Assembly: GCA_045537135.1 (NCBI GenBank)
Contig: JAZSOW010000016.1
Span: forward strand, 5,454 to 69,453
DNA length: 64,000 nucleotides
DNA from: Acutalibacteraceae bacterium
Lineage (GTDB): Bacteria; Bacillota; Clostridia; Oscillospirales; Acutalibacteraceae
Direction: 5' to 3'
The notes below the pieces were generated by a model, which did not search any database, was not told the origin of the DNA, and saw nothing but the letters and a program-made list of their open reading frames with translations. Positions 44,164 to 53,869 of the stretch are shown one piece after another. A program made the position numbers and the translations under genes. How positions within the stretch are numbered: the stretch's first letter is position 1; each line of letters begins with the position of its first letter.

Positions 44164-44937
44164 TTACGATATCTTCAGCTCCAGGCGGAATTTGTCGGCA
44201 ATCATGGCAATGAACTCCGAGTTGGTAGGCTTGCCGCGCCCATTATGGATGGTATAGCCGAAGTAGGCGTTGAGCACATCCACATCTCCTCTGTCCCAGG
44301 CCACCTCAATGGCGTGACGAATCGCCCGCTCCACCCGGGAGGAGGTGGTGCCATGCTTCTTGGCCACTGTCGGGTACAGCCGTTTGGTCACAGCGTTAAT
44401 GATCTGCTCATCGTCAATAGCCAGCAGGATAGCATCCCGCAGATACTGGTACCCTTTGATATGTGCCGGCACACCCACTTGATGGATAATACCGGTGACG
44501 CGGATCTCCAACGAGCCATTTCCATGCGTCTCCGGCTCCCGCTTTACCGGCAAGCTGGGCTGGTCGCCGCACAGCTTCAGGATACGCTCAGACATCTCCC
44601 CTGCGTCGAAGGGCTTGAGGAAATAGTAGTCGGCACCCGCCAGCATGACCTCCCGCTCCAAGGCCGGGTTATCAAAGCCGGACATGATCATCACCTGTGG
44701 CCGCTTTTCCGGCTCCTGCTCCCGCAGATGGTGCAGAACACCCAGCGCATCCATGCGGGGCAGGAAGAAATCCATGATGACCACGTCCGGGCGATGCTGT
44801 TCGATAGCCTCCAAGGCGGCCTTGCCGTCCTTCGGCACCGTCAGCACATCCAAGCCGTGGGAGCGCATCACGTTGGCGCAGGGGTCGGCAAAATGCTTGC
44901 TGTTATCCACTAATAAGACACTGATTTTTCTTTCCAT
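44164..44937 (-). CDS. spo0A: Sporulation master response regulator Spo0A
   Basis: A receiver domain plus a C-terminal Spo0A-specific DNA-binding domain with hallmark blocks (GVPAHIKGYQYLRDAI, SRVERAIRHAIEVAW, KPTNSEFIAMIAD). Confidence 0.92.
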   Translation of the reverse strand: MERKISVLLVDNSKHFADPCANVMRSHGLDVLTVPKDGKAALEAIEQHRPDVVIMDFFLPRMDALGVLHHLREQEPEKRPQVMIMSGFDNPALEREVMLAGADYYFLKPFDAGEMSERILKLCGDQPSLPVKREPETHGNGSLEIRVTGIIHQVGVPAHIKGYQYLRDAILLAIDDEQIINAVTKRLYPTVAKKHGTTSSRVERAIRHAIEVAWDRGDVDVLNAYFGYTIHNGRGKPTNSEFIAMIADKFRLELKIS

Positions 44938-45064
44938 TGCTCTGTTCTCTCCTCGTTTCTTGATGCTATGGAAAGATATTACCATATTTTTCCAGTTTTA
45001 GCAAGATGGAAATTTCCAGTTTTTGGAAAATTTTCTTGAGAAAACCGCCATCCAACACGATATC

Positions 45065-45071
45065 TGTCGAA
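45065..45071. promoter_or_regulatory. 0A-box-like heptamer TGTCGAA upstream of spo0A
   Basis: An exact match to the TGNCGAA 0A box, 128 nt upstream of the spo0A ATG. A single heptamer could occur by chance. Confidence 0.3.
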
Positions 45072-45123
45072 AACAAACGAAAAGCCCCCTTTCGCCGGCA
45101 TCCGACGAAAAGGGGCATTGGTA

Positions 45124-46425
45124 TCAACGGATAATGGTGTGGATCAGGGGCTGAGGCTTAGGAGCCTCCTGAGAGAAGGTCAGCGCCGCTACGTAGGCGT
45201 TGGCGGCTGTCTCCAGGGTTTCCTGCCGATTGGTGTACAGGGTACACAGGATGTCCCCTGCCGCCACTCGCTCCCCTGTCTTGCGGTATAGCCGCAGACC
45301 GGCGGCGGGATCGACGGTATCCTCTTTGGACAGCCGTCCTGCGCCCAGCAACACCGCCGCGTGACCGATGGCCTGGGCATCCATGGTGGTGATGGTGCCA
45401 TCCGTCGGGGCCAGCACGTCCAGGTGGTAGGTCGCCTGGGGCAGGCGAGATGTATCCTCGATGCAACGGACATCCCCACCCTGGGCGGCAATCCATTCCC
45501 GCATCTTATTAAAAGCGGCACCACTGTCCAGAGCGTCCTCCACCCGGGCGCGGGCTTCCTGTTCCCCCCAACCGTGGAGCAGGCAGGTCATCTCAGTAGC
45601 CAATGCCACACAGACCTCACGCAGATCGCCCCGGCTCTCGCCACGGAGCACCTGCACCGCCTCCTGCACCTCTAAGGCGTTGCCCACGGCCTCGCCCAGG
45701 GGCACATCCATGTTGGTGAGCAGGGCTGCCACCCGGCGGCCGCAGTCCTTGCCGATCTGCACCATCTCCCGGGCCAGGGTCTCTGCCTCTGCCGGGGTCT
45801 TCATAAAGGCACCGGAGCCCACCTTCACATCCAGGACGATGTTGTGGGAGCCCGCCGCCAGCTTCTTGCTCATAATGCTGGAAGTAATGAGGGGAATGCT
45901 GTCCACCGTGGCGGTCACGTCCCGCAGGGCGTACAGCTTTTTATCCGCCGGGGTCAGGTTACCGGTCTGGCCGATGACCGCCACCCCCACCTTTTCCACC
46001 TGCCGCAGAAAATCCTCCCGGGACAGGTCGGTGCGGTAGCCGGGGATGGATTCCAGCTTATCCACCGTGCCGCCGGTGTGCCCCAACCCCCGGCCGGACA
46101 TCTTGGCCACCTTGCCTCCAAGGGCGGCGACCAGCGGAGCCACAATGAGGGTCGTCTTATCCCCCACGCCGCCGGTGGAGTGCTTATCCACCGACAGGGT
46201 GCCGAAGCAGGAAAGATCCAGCGTATCTCCGGAATGGGTCATGGCATCGGTAAGGGCCACCGTCTCCCGCCGGGTCATCCCCCGGAAGAAAATGGCCATC
46301 AGCAAAGCCGACACCTGGTAATCCGGCACCTCACCGGCGGTGTAGGCGGTGATAAAGGCGCGGATCTCCTCGTCGGTCAGCTCCTCGCCGTCCCGCTTCT
46401 TACGAATAATATCGTACAAATGCAT
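45124..46425 (-). CDS. pdp: Pyrimidine-nucleoside (thymidine) phosphorylase
   Basis: Family blocks are present (DIIRKKRDG, DKHSTGGVGD, SGRGLGHTGGT). The ATG at 46425 follows aaggagg. Confidence 0.88.
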   Translation of the reverse strand: MHLYDIIRKKRDGEELTDEEIRAFITAYTAGEVPDYQVSALLMAIFFRGMTRRETVALTDAMTHSGDTLDLSCFGTLSVDKHSTGGVGDKTTLIVAPLVAALGGKVAKMSGRGLGHTGGTVDKLESIPGYRTDLSREDFLRQVEKVGVAVIGQTGNLTPADKKLYALRDVTATVDSIPLITSSIMSKKLAAGSHNIVLDVKVGSGAFMKTPAEAETLAREMVQIGKDCGRRVAALLTNMDVPLGEAVGNALEVQEAVQVLRGESRGDLREVCVALATEMTCLLHGWGEQEARARVEDALDSGAAFNKMREWIAAQGGDVRCIEDTSRLPQATYHLDVLAPTDGTITTMDAQAIGHAAVLLGAGRLSKEDTVDPAAGLRLYRKTGERVAAGDILCTLYTNRQETLETAANAYVAALTFSQEAPKPQPLIHTIIR

Positions 46426-46436
46426 TGCAAGCCTCC

Positions 46437-46844
46437 TTACTTTACGTGCTCCGGCGAAAACGCCGAAGGAAGCAACTGGGAAAGGGTATAGCGCGCAAAG
46501 CTGTCCTCCCCTGTAACCACCAACACCGGGAACTCCGGCGGGCAAAACTCTGCCAGCACCTGGCGGCATACACCGCAGGGCGGAAATGCACCATTCAGCA
46601 CACCTCTCTGCCCGCCGGCCACCGCCAGCATGGCAAAATCCCGCTCCCCCTCGCTGACCGCCTTGAACACCGCCGTGCGCTCGGCGCAGACGGTGGGGGT
46701 GTAGGAGGCATTTTCGATATTACAGCCGGTGTATACGGTGCCGCCGGCTGTCAGCAACGCCGCCCCTACCGTGTAACCGGAATAGGGGGCGTACGCCCGC
46801 TCCATGGCGGCGATGGCTTGTTGACACAGGTCTTGTTCTGTCAT
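46437..46844 (-). CDS. cdd: Cytidine deaminase
   Basis: Zinc motifs CAERTA and PCGVCRQ in a 135-aa tetrameric-type enzyme. Confidence 0.88.
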   Translation of the reverse strand: MTEQDLCQQAIAAMERAYAPYSGYTVGAALLTAGGTVYTGCNIENASYTPTVCAERTAVFKAVSEGERDFAMLAVAGGQRGVLNGAFPPCGVCRQVLAEFCPPEFPVLVVTGEDSFARYTLSQLLPSAFSPEHVK

Positions 46845-48007
46845 TTTCTCATCACCTTTTCCATAAGATCTTCACCGGCGCCGGTGTACGTCACCCCCAG
46901 GTAGCCGGCCACCGTGGCGGCAATATCCGCAAAGGTGGGGCGGATCCCCAAGTCCACCGGGACGATAGGGGCGCCGTACATAAGCCAGGGGGTATATTCC
47001 CGGGTGTGATCGGTGTGATCATCGCCGGGGTCACAGCCGTGGTCAGCAGTGATCATCAGCACGTCCTCCGGCCCCATGGCTTCCATAAAGCCGGGAAGCC
47101 AGCGGTCAAAGGCGGCAAAAGCGGCGGCGTAGCCGTCCACATCCTGCCGGTGACCGTAGGCGGAATCAAAGTCCACCAGATTGACAAAGGCAAGGCCGGC
47201 AAACTTCCGGGACAGGAGCTTGCGCGTTTCTGCCATGCCTTCCTCGTTGGAGTGAGTAGGGATGCGCTCGGTCACCCCGCGCCCGGCGAAGATATCGCTG
47301 ATCTTCCCCACCGCCAGCACGGTCTGCCCGGCGGCGGTGATAGCATCCAGCAACGTCTCTTTAGGGGGCTCCAGCGAAAAATCCCGGCGGTTGGCGGTGC
47401 GGGCAAAGGTGGGAGCCGCCCCTACAAAGGGGCGAGCAATGACCCGCCCTACCGCATGCTCGCCTTGTAATATCTCACGCGCCGTACGGCAGTAACGGTA
47501 CAGCAACTCGGGCGGCACCACCGCCTCATGGGCGGCGATCTGGAACACGCTGTCGGCGGAGGTATACACGATCAGGTCGCCGGTGTCCATGTGCTGTTGG
47601 CCATAATCCTTGATGACCTCGGTGCCGGAATAGGGCTTATTGCACAGCACTCCCCGTCCGGTGGCCCGGGAAAAAGCCTCCAACACCTCCGGAGGGAAGC
47701 CGTCGGGATAGGTTGGCAGTGGTTTATCCGACACCACGCCAGCGATCTCCCAATGGCCGATGGTGGTGTCCTTACCGGCGGAGCGCTCGGTCATCCGGGC
47801 GTAAGCTGCCAGGGGAGTAGCCGCCGGAGGGACAGCGTCCACGCCGTCGATATTACCCAGCCCCAGCGCCCCCATATTGGCGGCAGAAAAAGCCGGCGAC
47901 GCGGCAATGCGCCGCAGGGTGTTGCAATCCCTATCTCCAAAGGCGGCGGCATCCGGCATCTGGCCGATGCCGCAGGAATCCAGCACGATCAAAAATACGC
48001 GCTTCAT
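46841..48007 (-). CDS. deoB: Phosphopentomutase
   Basis: N-terminus RVFLIVLDSCGIG, with the blocks GHWE and ADHGCDP. Confidence 0.88.
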   Translation of the reverse strand: MKRVFLIVLDSCGIGQMPDAAAFGDRDCNTLRRIAASPAFSAANMGALGLGNIDGVDAVPPAATPLAAYARMTERSAGKDTTIGHWEIAGVVSDKPLPTYPDGFPPEVLEAFSRATGRGVLCNKPYSGTEVIKDYGQQHMDTGDLIVYTSADSVFQIAAHEAVVPPELLYRYCRTAREILQGEHAVGRVIARPFVGAAPTFARTANRRDFSLEPPKETLLDAITAAGQTVLAVGKISDIFAGRGVTERIPTHSNEEGMAETRKLLSRKFAGLAFVNLVDFDSAYGHRQDVDGYAAAFAAFDRWLPGFMEAMGPEDVLMITADHGCDPGDDHTDHTREYTPWLMYGAPIVPVDLGIRPTFADIAATVAGYLGVTYTGAGEDLMEKVMRK

Positions 48008-48026
48008 AGCTCTCTCCTTATACTCC

Positions 48027-48764
48027 TTATAGCTTGACGGCGGTCTTTAATGCCAGCTCCATCATCTGGGTGAAAGAAGTCTGCCGCTCCTCAGCGGTGG
48101 TGGCCTCTCCGGTAATGAGATGGTCGGAGATGGTGCAGATGGCCAGGGCATTCTTACCAAGACGAGCGGCGTTCATATACAACGCCGCCGCCTCCATTTC
48201 CACCGCCATGACCCCCATCTTGCTCCAAGCGGCACGGGAGGTCTGCTCCTCGGACAGGCCAGCCTCGTCGTTGTAGAAGGTGTCGGAGGACAGGAGATTG
48301 CCCACGTGGTAGGCTACCCCCAGCTCCTCGGCGGTCTCTACGCAGGTGCGCAGCATAGCGTAGCTACAGATAGGAGCAAAGTCTCCCGGCAAGCGATATT
48401 GATGAGCAAAGCGGGAATTGGTACAGGCACCCATACCCATGACAATATCCCGCACGCGGATGTGGGGCACCATCGCCCCGGCGGAGCCGATGCGCATGAT
48501 GTTCTGCACCCCGAACACGTTGTACAGCTCGTAGGAATAGATACCGATGGAGGGCATCCCCATGCCGCTGGCCATCACGCTCACCGGCTCCCCCTCGTAG
48601 GTGCCGGTGTAGCCCTGGATGCCCCGCACGTTATTGACAAGACGGGCATCGGTGAGAAAATTTTCGGCAATAAACTGCGCCCGCAGGGGGTCACCCGGCA
48701 TCAACACGGTGGGGGCAAAGTCAGCGGGGGTAGCTTTAATATGCGGTGTGGGATACTGTGCCAT
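48027..48764 (-). CDS. deoD: Purine nucleoside phosphorylase, DeoD type
   Basis: TPHI...LMPGDPLRA, GMGMPS and RIGSAG blocks. I chose the ATG at 48764. Confidence 0.88.
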   Translation of the reverse strand: MAQYPTPHIKATPADFAPTVLMPGDPLRAQFIAENFLTDARLVNNVRGIQGYTGTYEGEPVSVMASGMGMPSIGIYSYELYNVFGVQNIMRIGSAGAMVPHIRVRDIVMGMGACTNSRFAHQYRLPGDFAPICSYAMLRTCVETAEELGVAYHVGNLLSSDTFYNDEAGLSEEQTSRAAWSKMGVMAVEMEAAALYMNAARLGKNALAICTISDHLITGEATTAEERQTSFTQMMELALKTAVKL

Positions 48765-49428
48765 TCGGATCATCCTTTCCCTGTTCTTTGGCAATTTTCA
48801 CAATGCGGCTGGTACCCAACCGGGAGGCACCCAGCTTCAAAAAGGCTTCGGCATCCTCCAGGGAGGCGATACCCCCGGCGGCCTTGATCTTCACGTGAGG
48901 GGCTACGTTTGCGGCGAACAGCGCCACGTCCTCCTGGGTGGCGCCGCCGGTGGAGAAGCCGGTGGAGGTCTTGATGTATTCCGCCCCGGAGGCGGATACG
49001 ATCTCGCACATCTTGATCTTTTCCTCCTCGGTGAGCAGGCAAGTCTCGATGATGACCTTGAGAAGGCGGCCGGCGCAGGCAGCTTTGACCGCCTTAATCT
49101 CCTGCAGTACGTCCTCATAGCGGCCATCCTTGAGCCAGCCTACATTGATGACCATATCGATCTCGTCCGCGCCATCCTCTACCGCCCGGGCGGTCTCGGC
49201 GCATTTCACCGCGGTGACGCTATAGCCGGTGGGAAAGCCGATGACGGTGCACACCGGCAGGCGGTCTCCCACATACGCCTTGGCAAAAGCCACGTAGGCG
49301 GCGGGGATGCACACGCTGGCAGTGCGGTAACGCAGGCCGTCGTCGCACAGGGCGCGGATCTCCCCCTCGGTGGCGGCGGGGTTTAGCAGGGTGTGATCCA
49401 CCGTGCTCAAAATCTCTTGCAGGGTCAT
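48736..49428 (-). CDS. deoC: Deoxyribose-phosphate aldolase
   Basis: The blocks DHTLL, IKTSTGF (Schiff-base Lys context) and KAAGGI are present. The ATG at 49428 follows ggaggga. The 3' end overlaps the deoD start. Confidence 0.88.
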   Translation of the reverse strand: MTLQEILSTVDHTLLNPAATEGEIRALCDDGLRYRTASVCIPAAYVAFAKAYVGDRLPVCTVIGFPTGYSVTAVKCAETARAVEDGADEIDMVINVGWLKDGRYEDVLQEIKAVKAACAGRLLKVIIETCLLTEEEKIKMCEIVSASGAEYIKTSTGFSTGGATQEDVALFAANVAPHVKIKAAGGIASLEDAEAFLKLGASRLGTSRIVKIAKEQGKDDPNGTVSHTAY

Positions 49429-49535
49429 AGGTATCCCTCCTTGTTCTATTAGTATATTACCATATTTGGCAGTTTCCATCAATATATTTTACAAAAAAGA
49501 ACGCCTCGACTCACGTCAAGGCGTTTTAGAAATTT

Positions 49536-50519
49536 TTATCCCACGGTCAGGACGACCTTGCCGATGTTCTCCCCACGGTACAGGATATCGTGGGCGGCTT
49601 CCGCCTCGGTGATGGGAAGCACCTTGTAGATGGTGGGCTTCACCTCGCCGGTAGTCACCTTGGGCCACACATCCCGCACCAGGGAGGCTAAGATCTGCGC
49701 CTTCACCTGTGGCGTCCGGGAGCGCAGAGTGCTACCGATGATGCGCACATTGCGCACGTAGATATTCTTCAGGTCGATCTGGGTCTGCTGACCGGCCAGG
49801 GCGGCAATCATAATCCAGCGGGCGCCGTGCTTTAAGTAATGAATGCACTTGCCCATAATCTCGCCACCCAAGCAGTCGATGGCCACGTCCACCGGATGAC
49901 CCTCCGCCAACTGGACTTTGAGCACCTCCACGATGTCCTCGGTGACGGTGTTGACGATGATGTCGGCACCGGTCTTGGCTACCTCGGCGCGCTTGTCCTC
50001 GTCAATAATAGTGGTGATGACCCGCACACCAAAGGCCTTCGCCATTGGAATGACCACGCTGGCAAGGCCGCTGGCACCGGCATTCATCAAGAGGGTATCC
50101 CCCGCCTTAATGCCGCCTTCGATGAACAGATTGAGGTAAGCGGTAGCAAAGGCCTCGGGGATGGCCGCCGCTTCGATCATAGAGCAACCCTCCGGCACCG
50201 GCATGAGCATATCGTACTTCACGTTGGCATACTGCGCATAGCCCCCGCCGCCCAGCAAGGCGCACACCTTGTCACCCAGCTTCCAATCAGATTTTTTCGA
50301 AACCTCGGCGCCCATCTCCACGATGGTACCGGCGATCTCCAGACCCATCCACTCGGGGCAGCCGGGCGGGGGCGGATAATCCCCCTCCCGTTGCATCAGA
50401 TCCGCCCGGTTGAGGGCGGCGGCCTCAATCTTCACCAGCACGTCCTCGGGCCCCACCATGGGATCCGGCACGTTGTCCCAGCGAAGGGAGCGGTCATCGT
50501 TGACTAATATGGCTTTCAT
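49536..50519 (-). CDS. NAD(P)H:quinone oxidoreductase-like MDR-family protein (zinc-free Qor/PIG3 type)
   Basis: It has the block AAALNRADLMQREGDYPPPPG and a GxGxxG-like cofactor site (AGASGLAS). The ATG overlaps the upstream stop (ATGA). Confidence 0.75.
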   Translation of the reverse strand: MKAILVNDDRSLRWDNVPDPMVGPEDVLVKIEAAALNRADLMQREGDYPPPPGCPEWMGLEIAGTIVEMGAEVSKKSDWKLGDKVCALLGGGGYAQYANVKYDMLMPVPEGCSMIEAAAIPEAFATAYLNLFIEGGIKAGDTLLMNAGASGLASVVIPMAKAFGVRVITTIIDEDKRAEVAKTGADIIVNTVTEDIVEVLKVQLAEGHPVDVAIDCLGGEIMGKCIHYLKHGARWIMIAALAGQQTQIDLKNIYVRNVRIIGSTLRSRTPQVKAQILASLVRDVWPKVTTGEVKPTIYKVLPITEAEAAHDILYRGENIGKVVLTVG

Positions 50520-51160
50520 AAAATGTCCTCCTGTTCCGGATCGTGGCAGTAAAGCAACCGCCACGGCCCTTCCTTATATGTATCAATGAATTGCTGACTC
50601 TTTTGCGGGTCACAGGATGACCCGGTAGGGACCCCCCGCTGTATACAGGCGGCCAGGTAACACTCGTCCCCTACAATAAGGCTATCCCCCGCCTGTACGA
50701 TGCAGGAGCCGGCGGAATGACCGCCCCAGCGGATGACCTCTACCCCCTCGGCCACGGTTAGGCGCTCCGTAAAGGTGCGCACCAGCATCGTGTCCGGGAT
50801 AAAGGACTTTGCCTTTACATGCTCCTCCTGCTGGATATAGACGGTGGCGTTGGCGAAATGCCCCACTCCCTCCACGTGATCGTGATGAGCATGAGTGATG
50901 ATGACATCCGTGATATCGCCAGCGGTGACGCCGAAGCGTTCAATCGCCTTGGCCGGGGAGATATGATCCCGCATATCAAAGCCGGGCATGGTGTCGCACC
51001 CCGCATCCACCAGGATGCGTCGCTCCTCCACCTTGATAAGATAGAGGGTAAAGGAAATGGGCAGATACACCCCCGCTCGACCATCACGGAAAATGAGCCG
51101 TTCCTCCAACGTGGAGTAGGCATAGGTCACGGGGTGAATTGTAAGGGCTTTCATTCTCAT
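50516..51160 (-). CDS. MBL-fold metallo-hydrolase (lactonase-like)
   Basis: Motif THAHHDH. The size and blocks resemble AHL-lactonase-like MBL enzymes. The start could be 51160 or 51154. Confidence 0.7.
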   Translation of the reverse strand: MRMKALTIHPVTYAYSTLEERLIFRDGRAGVYLPISFTLYLIKVEERRILVDAGCDTMPGFDMRDHISPAKAIERFGVTAGDITDVIITHAHHDHVEGVGHFANATVYIQQEEHVKAKSFIPDTMLVRTFTERLTVAEGVEVIRWGGHSAGSCIVQAGDSLIVGDECYLAACIQRGVPTGSSCDPQKSQQFIDTYKEGPWRLLYCHDPEQEDIL

Positions 51161-52168
51161 TCACCCTTCTCCGTGTAAAGCTAAGTACGTGTCCATCCGA
51201 TCGTTGACCGGATTGCGGGGCCACACGTCATCTGCAGGCAAAGCGGACAGCTCCCGCTTGAGCCCCTCCCGCAGGGGCATAAAGTCCTCCTGTCGTAGGC
51301 CGGTGGCCTCCAGCAGTTTACTATTGTCGATCACCCGAGTAAAATAGCGGTCATAGACCAATTGCTGGCGATCCAGTGGCTCCCGGGCGCTCCAAATGCC
51401 GAGGAAGGTCTCCGTGTCCACCGTGACATATTGGAGGCCGCCCAGCTCCCGGTAGAGCTCCGCGATCTCCCGCCAGGTGTGATGCTCGGCGGTGGAGACG
51501 GTATAGGTCTCCCCAAAGGCCTTGGGGTTGTGGATAAGGCGGGCTACCGCCTTGCCGAAATCCCCTGCCCAGCTTAGGGTGGCCTGTACGTCCATCGCCG
51601 GCTCCGGCAGGACAACCGTTTTTCCCAGCCGCATCCGGTACACCAGCACGTGGGCCTCCAGCACGGTGAGCTGGAAGCGGCGCTTGGAGTAGGTGATCGC
51701 CGGGCGCAGGATGGTCCAGTTTTTATAACCGGAGGCGCGGAGCATATCCTCCTGCTGGGCTTTGTAGATGCAGTAATCCCCACTGTGCAGCAGCACCTCA
51801 TCCCGGCTCACGTCCAATAGCCGGGGGGCTGTCTCGGTGATGGGATGCTGCTCATCCGCATACACCCGGTAGGAGGAGAGAAACACGTAGTGGGCGGTGC
51901 TGTCCAGGTACAGCTTGCAAAAGGGCGCGTACTGCTCGGAGCTTGTGTAGATCATAAAATCCACCACCGCGTCGTAACGGTTTTTCAACAGCTCGCTCAC
52001 CACGCTTATATCCAGGCCGTTTGCCTTGATGTACCGCAGATCCTCCCGGTCGGACAGCAGATCCTCCAGGCACACCACATCTACGGCGTAGCCCTTTGCC
52101 AGCAGTTCCTGGGTCAGGTAGACGCCCAGCGCACCGCTGCCACCCATTAACAAGGCTTTCTGTTTCAT
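51161..52168 (-). CDS. NAD-dependent epimerase/dehydratase-family (extended/atypical SDR) protein, paralogue A
   Basis: The N-terminus has GGSGALG, and there is a Y-x-x-x-K (YCIYK). It shares blocks with 54629-55561 (FLSSYRVYA-EQHPITE). The ATG at 52168 follows gagg. Confidence 0.7.
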   Translation of the reverse strand: MKQKALLMGGSGALGVYLTQELLAKGYAVDVVCLEDLLSDREDLRYIKANGLDISVVSELLKNRYDAVVDFMIYTSSEQYAPFCKLYLDSTAHYVFLSSYRVYADEQHPITETAPRLLDVSRDEVLLHSGDYCIYKAQQEDMLRASGYKNWTILRPAITYSKRRFQLTVLEAHVLVYRMRLGKTVVLPEPAMDVQATLSWAGDFGKAVARLIHNPKAFGETYTVSTAEHHTWREIAELYRELGGLQYVTVDTETFLGIWSAREPLDRQQLVYDRYFTRVIDNSKLLEATGLRQEDFMPLREGLKRELSALPADDVWPRNPVNDRMDTYLALHGEG

Positions 52169-52179
52169 AAACGTACCTC

Positions 52180-52941
52180 TTAAAACACCATATTGTCCCG
52201 CACGGCCTTGAGGGGCGCGATCAGCGGCTGTATACTGGCATCCAATTCTCCGTGGGTGTGGACGCACAGATACATATGCACCCCCAGCGTGGGGCCGATC
52301 TGTCGGACGGTCTTGTGGCAGGGGCCGCCCACCAGGTACAGGAAGGGGGCGCCCAACTGCTTCTTGAGTAAGCCGATGGTCTCGATGCAGGTGGGCAAGC
52401 CATCCTCAGCAGAGCCATTGACGATCTTGCTGATGTCGGAGCCACGCTCGATCTGCGCACGTGCCAGCTCCAGGGTCTCCTCCGGGGTGAGGATGCTGCC
52501 TGTGTGAGCACTCATCATCACCTCGCCCCCACGGCGGTGGATCTCGGCGGTGAGGGCCTTCTGCTTTTCAATAGCCACCGGGTCCTTGGTGAACTCCCGG
52601 GGGGCGCTCCGATCAAACATATTTGTCTGAAAATCGCACAGGGTGGCACCGCAGTCCAGCAAAAACAGCAGATACTCGGCAACCTGCTCATCCGTCAGAT
52701 CGGCGCTGCCGTCGCTTTTATAGCTTGTCACGTAGATGGGCTTACCTTGACAGGCCGCAAAGATGGAGGTAATGATCTCCCGGGTACGATACTGAGGCTC
52801 CAGGTGCTCCATCTGCAGGCCGATGGCCTCGGCGCCATCTGCTATGGACTTGCCGATGATGTCAATAAAGTCTTCCGGTGTACGGCGAATGACCATACCG
52901 GTCAGCAAGGGCTTATCATGGCCTAAAAATGTCGGTTTCAT
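52180..52941 (-). CDS. Type I 3-dehydroquinate dehydratase-like (AroD-fold) protein
   Basis: Its length and pattern fit the class I aldolase-type TIM barrel, with the catalytic-Lys-like context DISKIV and His context SAHTG. The call is tentative. The ATG overlaps the upstream stop by 1 nt. Confidence 0.5.
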   Translation of the reverse strand: MKPTFLGHDKPLLTGMVIRRTPEDFIDIIGKSIADGAEAIGLQMEHLEPQYRTREIITSIFAACQGKPIYVTSYKSDGSADLTDEQVAEYLLFLLDCGATLCDFQTNMFDRSAPREFTKDPVAIEKQKALTAEIHRRGGEVMMSAHTGSILTPEETLELARAQIERGSDISKIVNGSAEDGLPTCIETIGLLKKQLGAPFLYLVGGPCHKTVRQIGPTLGVHMYLCVHTHGELDASIQPLIAPLKAVRDNMVF

Positions 52942-53705
52942 CAGCTTTGTCTCCTCATCGCGTTACGGCCACCGTCGATCATAATGTTCTCACCGTTGAT
53001 AAAGGTACCGTGGTCGGAGCATAGATACAGCATAAAATCAATGATCTCCTGGGGCTCCGCGGCACGACCCAGCATGGTTTTCATCCCCGCCATACCGGGG
53101 CGCGTGAGCACCGGCCCGGGGGACACGCACACACAGCGCACACCGTAGCGGGCACCGTACTGGGCCAGGGACTTGGTCAGACCGTTCATGGCCGCGCTCT
53201 TGCAGGTGGAGTAGCCCACGTTGCCGCCGTCGCCCTCCACGCCGGTTACAGAGCCTACGTTGATAATGAGGCCGCTCTTCTGCTCACGCATGGGCTTCAT
53301 CACCGCGTGGGCACAGTAGAACTGGCCACGCAGATTGACATCCAAACTCCAATCAAACACGTCAATGGGCACATCCGGGAACTCGCCGCTGACGTTCAGC
53401 ATGCGCATTTCGGCGCCGCCGGCGGTGTTGAGCATCACGTCTACCCGGCCGAAGTTCTCCAGCGCCGCGTCACGAGCGGCACACACCTGCTCGTAGTCCC
53501 GCACGTCGCACTTGACGGCGATAGCACGACCGCCGTCCTTGGCGTTGATCTCTGCCGCCAGAGGCTCCAGTGCCTCCAGGTTGATGTCGGTCATCACCAC
53601 ATTGCCTCCCGCCGCCGCAAAGCATTGGCAAAAGAGCAGACCCATGCCGGACGCCGCGCCGGTAGCGATGGCGGTTTTTCCTGTAAAATCCATTTTGAAC
53701 TCCAT
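52941..53705 (-). CDS. Classical SDR oxidoreductase (FabG-like)
   Basis: TGAASGMG, NTAG and Y-x-x-x-K (YSTCK) motifs. Confidence 0.8.
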   Translation of the reverse strand: MEFKMDFTGKTAIATGAASGMGLLFCQCFAAAGGNVVMTDINLEALEPLAAEINAKDGGRAIAVKCDVRDYEQVCAARDAALENFGRVDVMLNTAGGAEMRMLNVSGEFPDVPIDVFDWSLDVNLRGQFYCAHAVMKPMREQKSGLIINVGSVTGVEGDGGNVGYSTCKSAAMNGLTKSLAQYGARYGVRCVCVSPGPVLTRPGMAGMKTMLGRAAEPQEIIDFMLYLCSDHGTFINGENIMIDGGRNAMRRQS

Positions 53706-53869
53706 CGAACATAACCTCCTTACTTCCTTATGAGGTCATTATACGGCAAGGTAGGTGCCACGGCAATGCAAAAAATGGACCGTTTTATCTTTTTCGAAAG
53801 TGTTTTTGGAAATAATACTGGATTTATTTGCAAGTTTCGGTATAATAGAAAGGAAAGGAGTGTTCCACT

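Noticed and set aside
44938-45123. A sigma-H promoter and multiple 0A boxes upstream of spo0A.
   Set aside because: Only one exact TGTCGAA heptamer is present. The GGAAAT/CTGGAAA repeats fit the sigma-H -35/-10 consensus only loosely, and the spacing could not be made convincing by eye.
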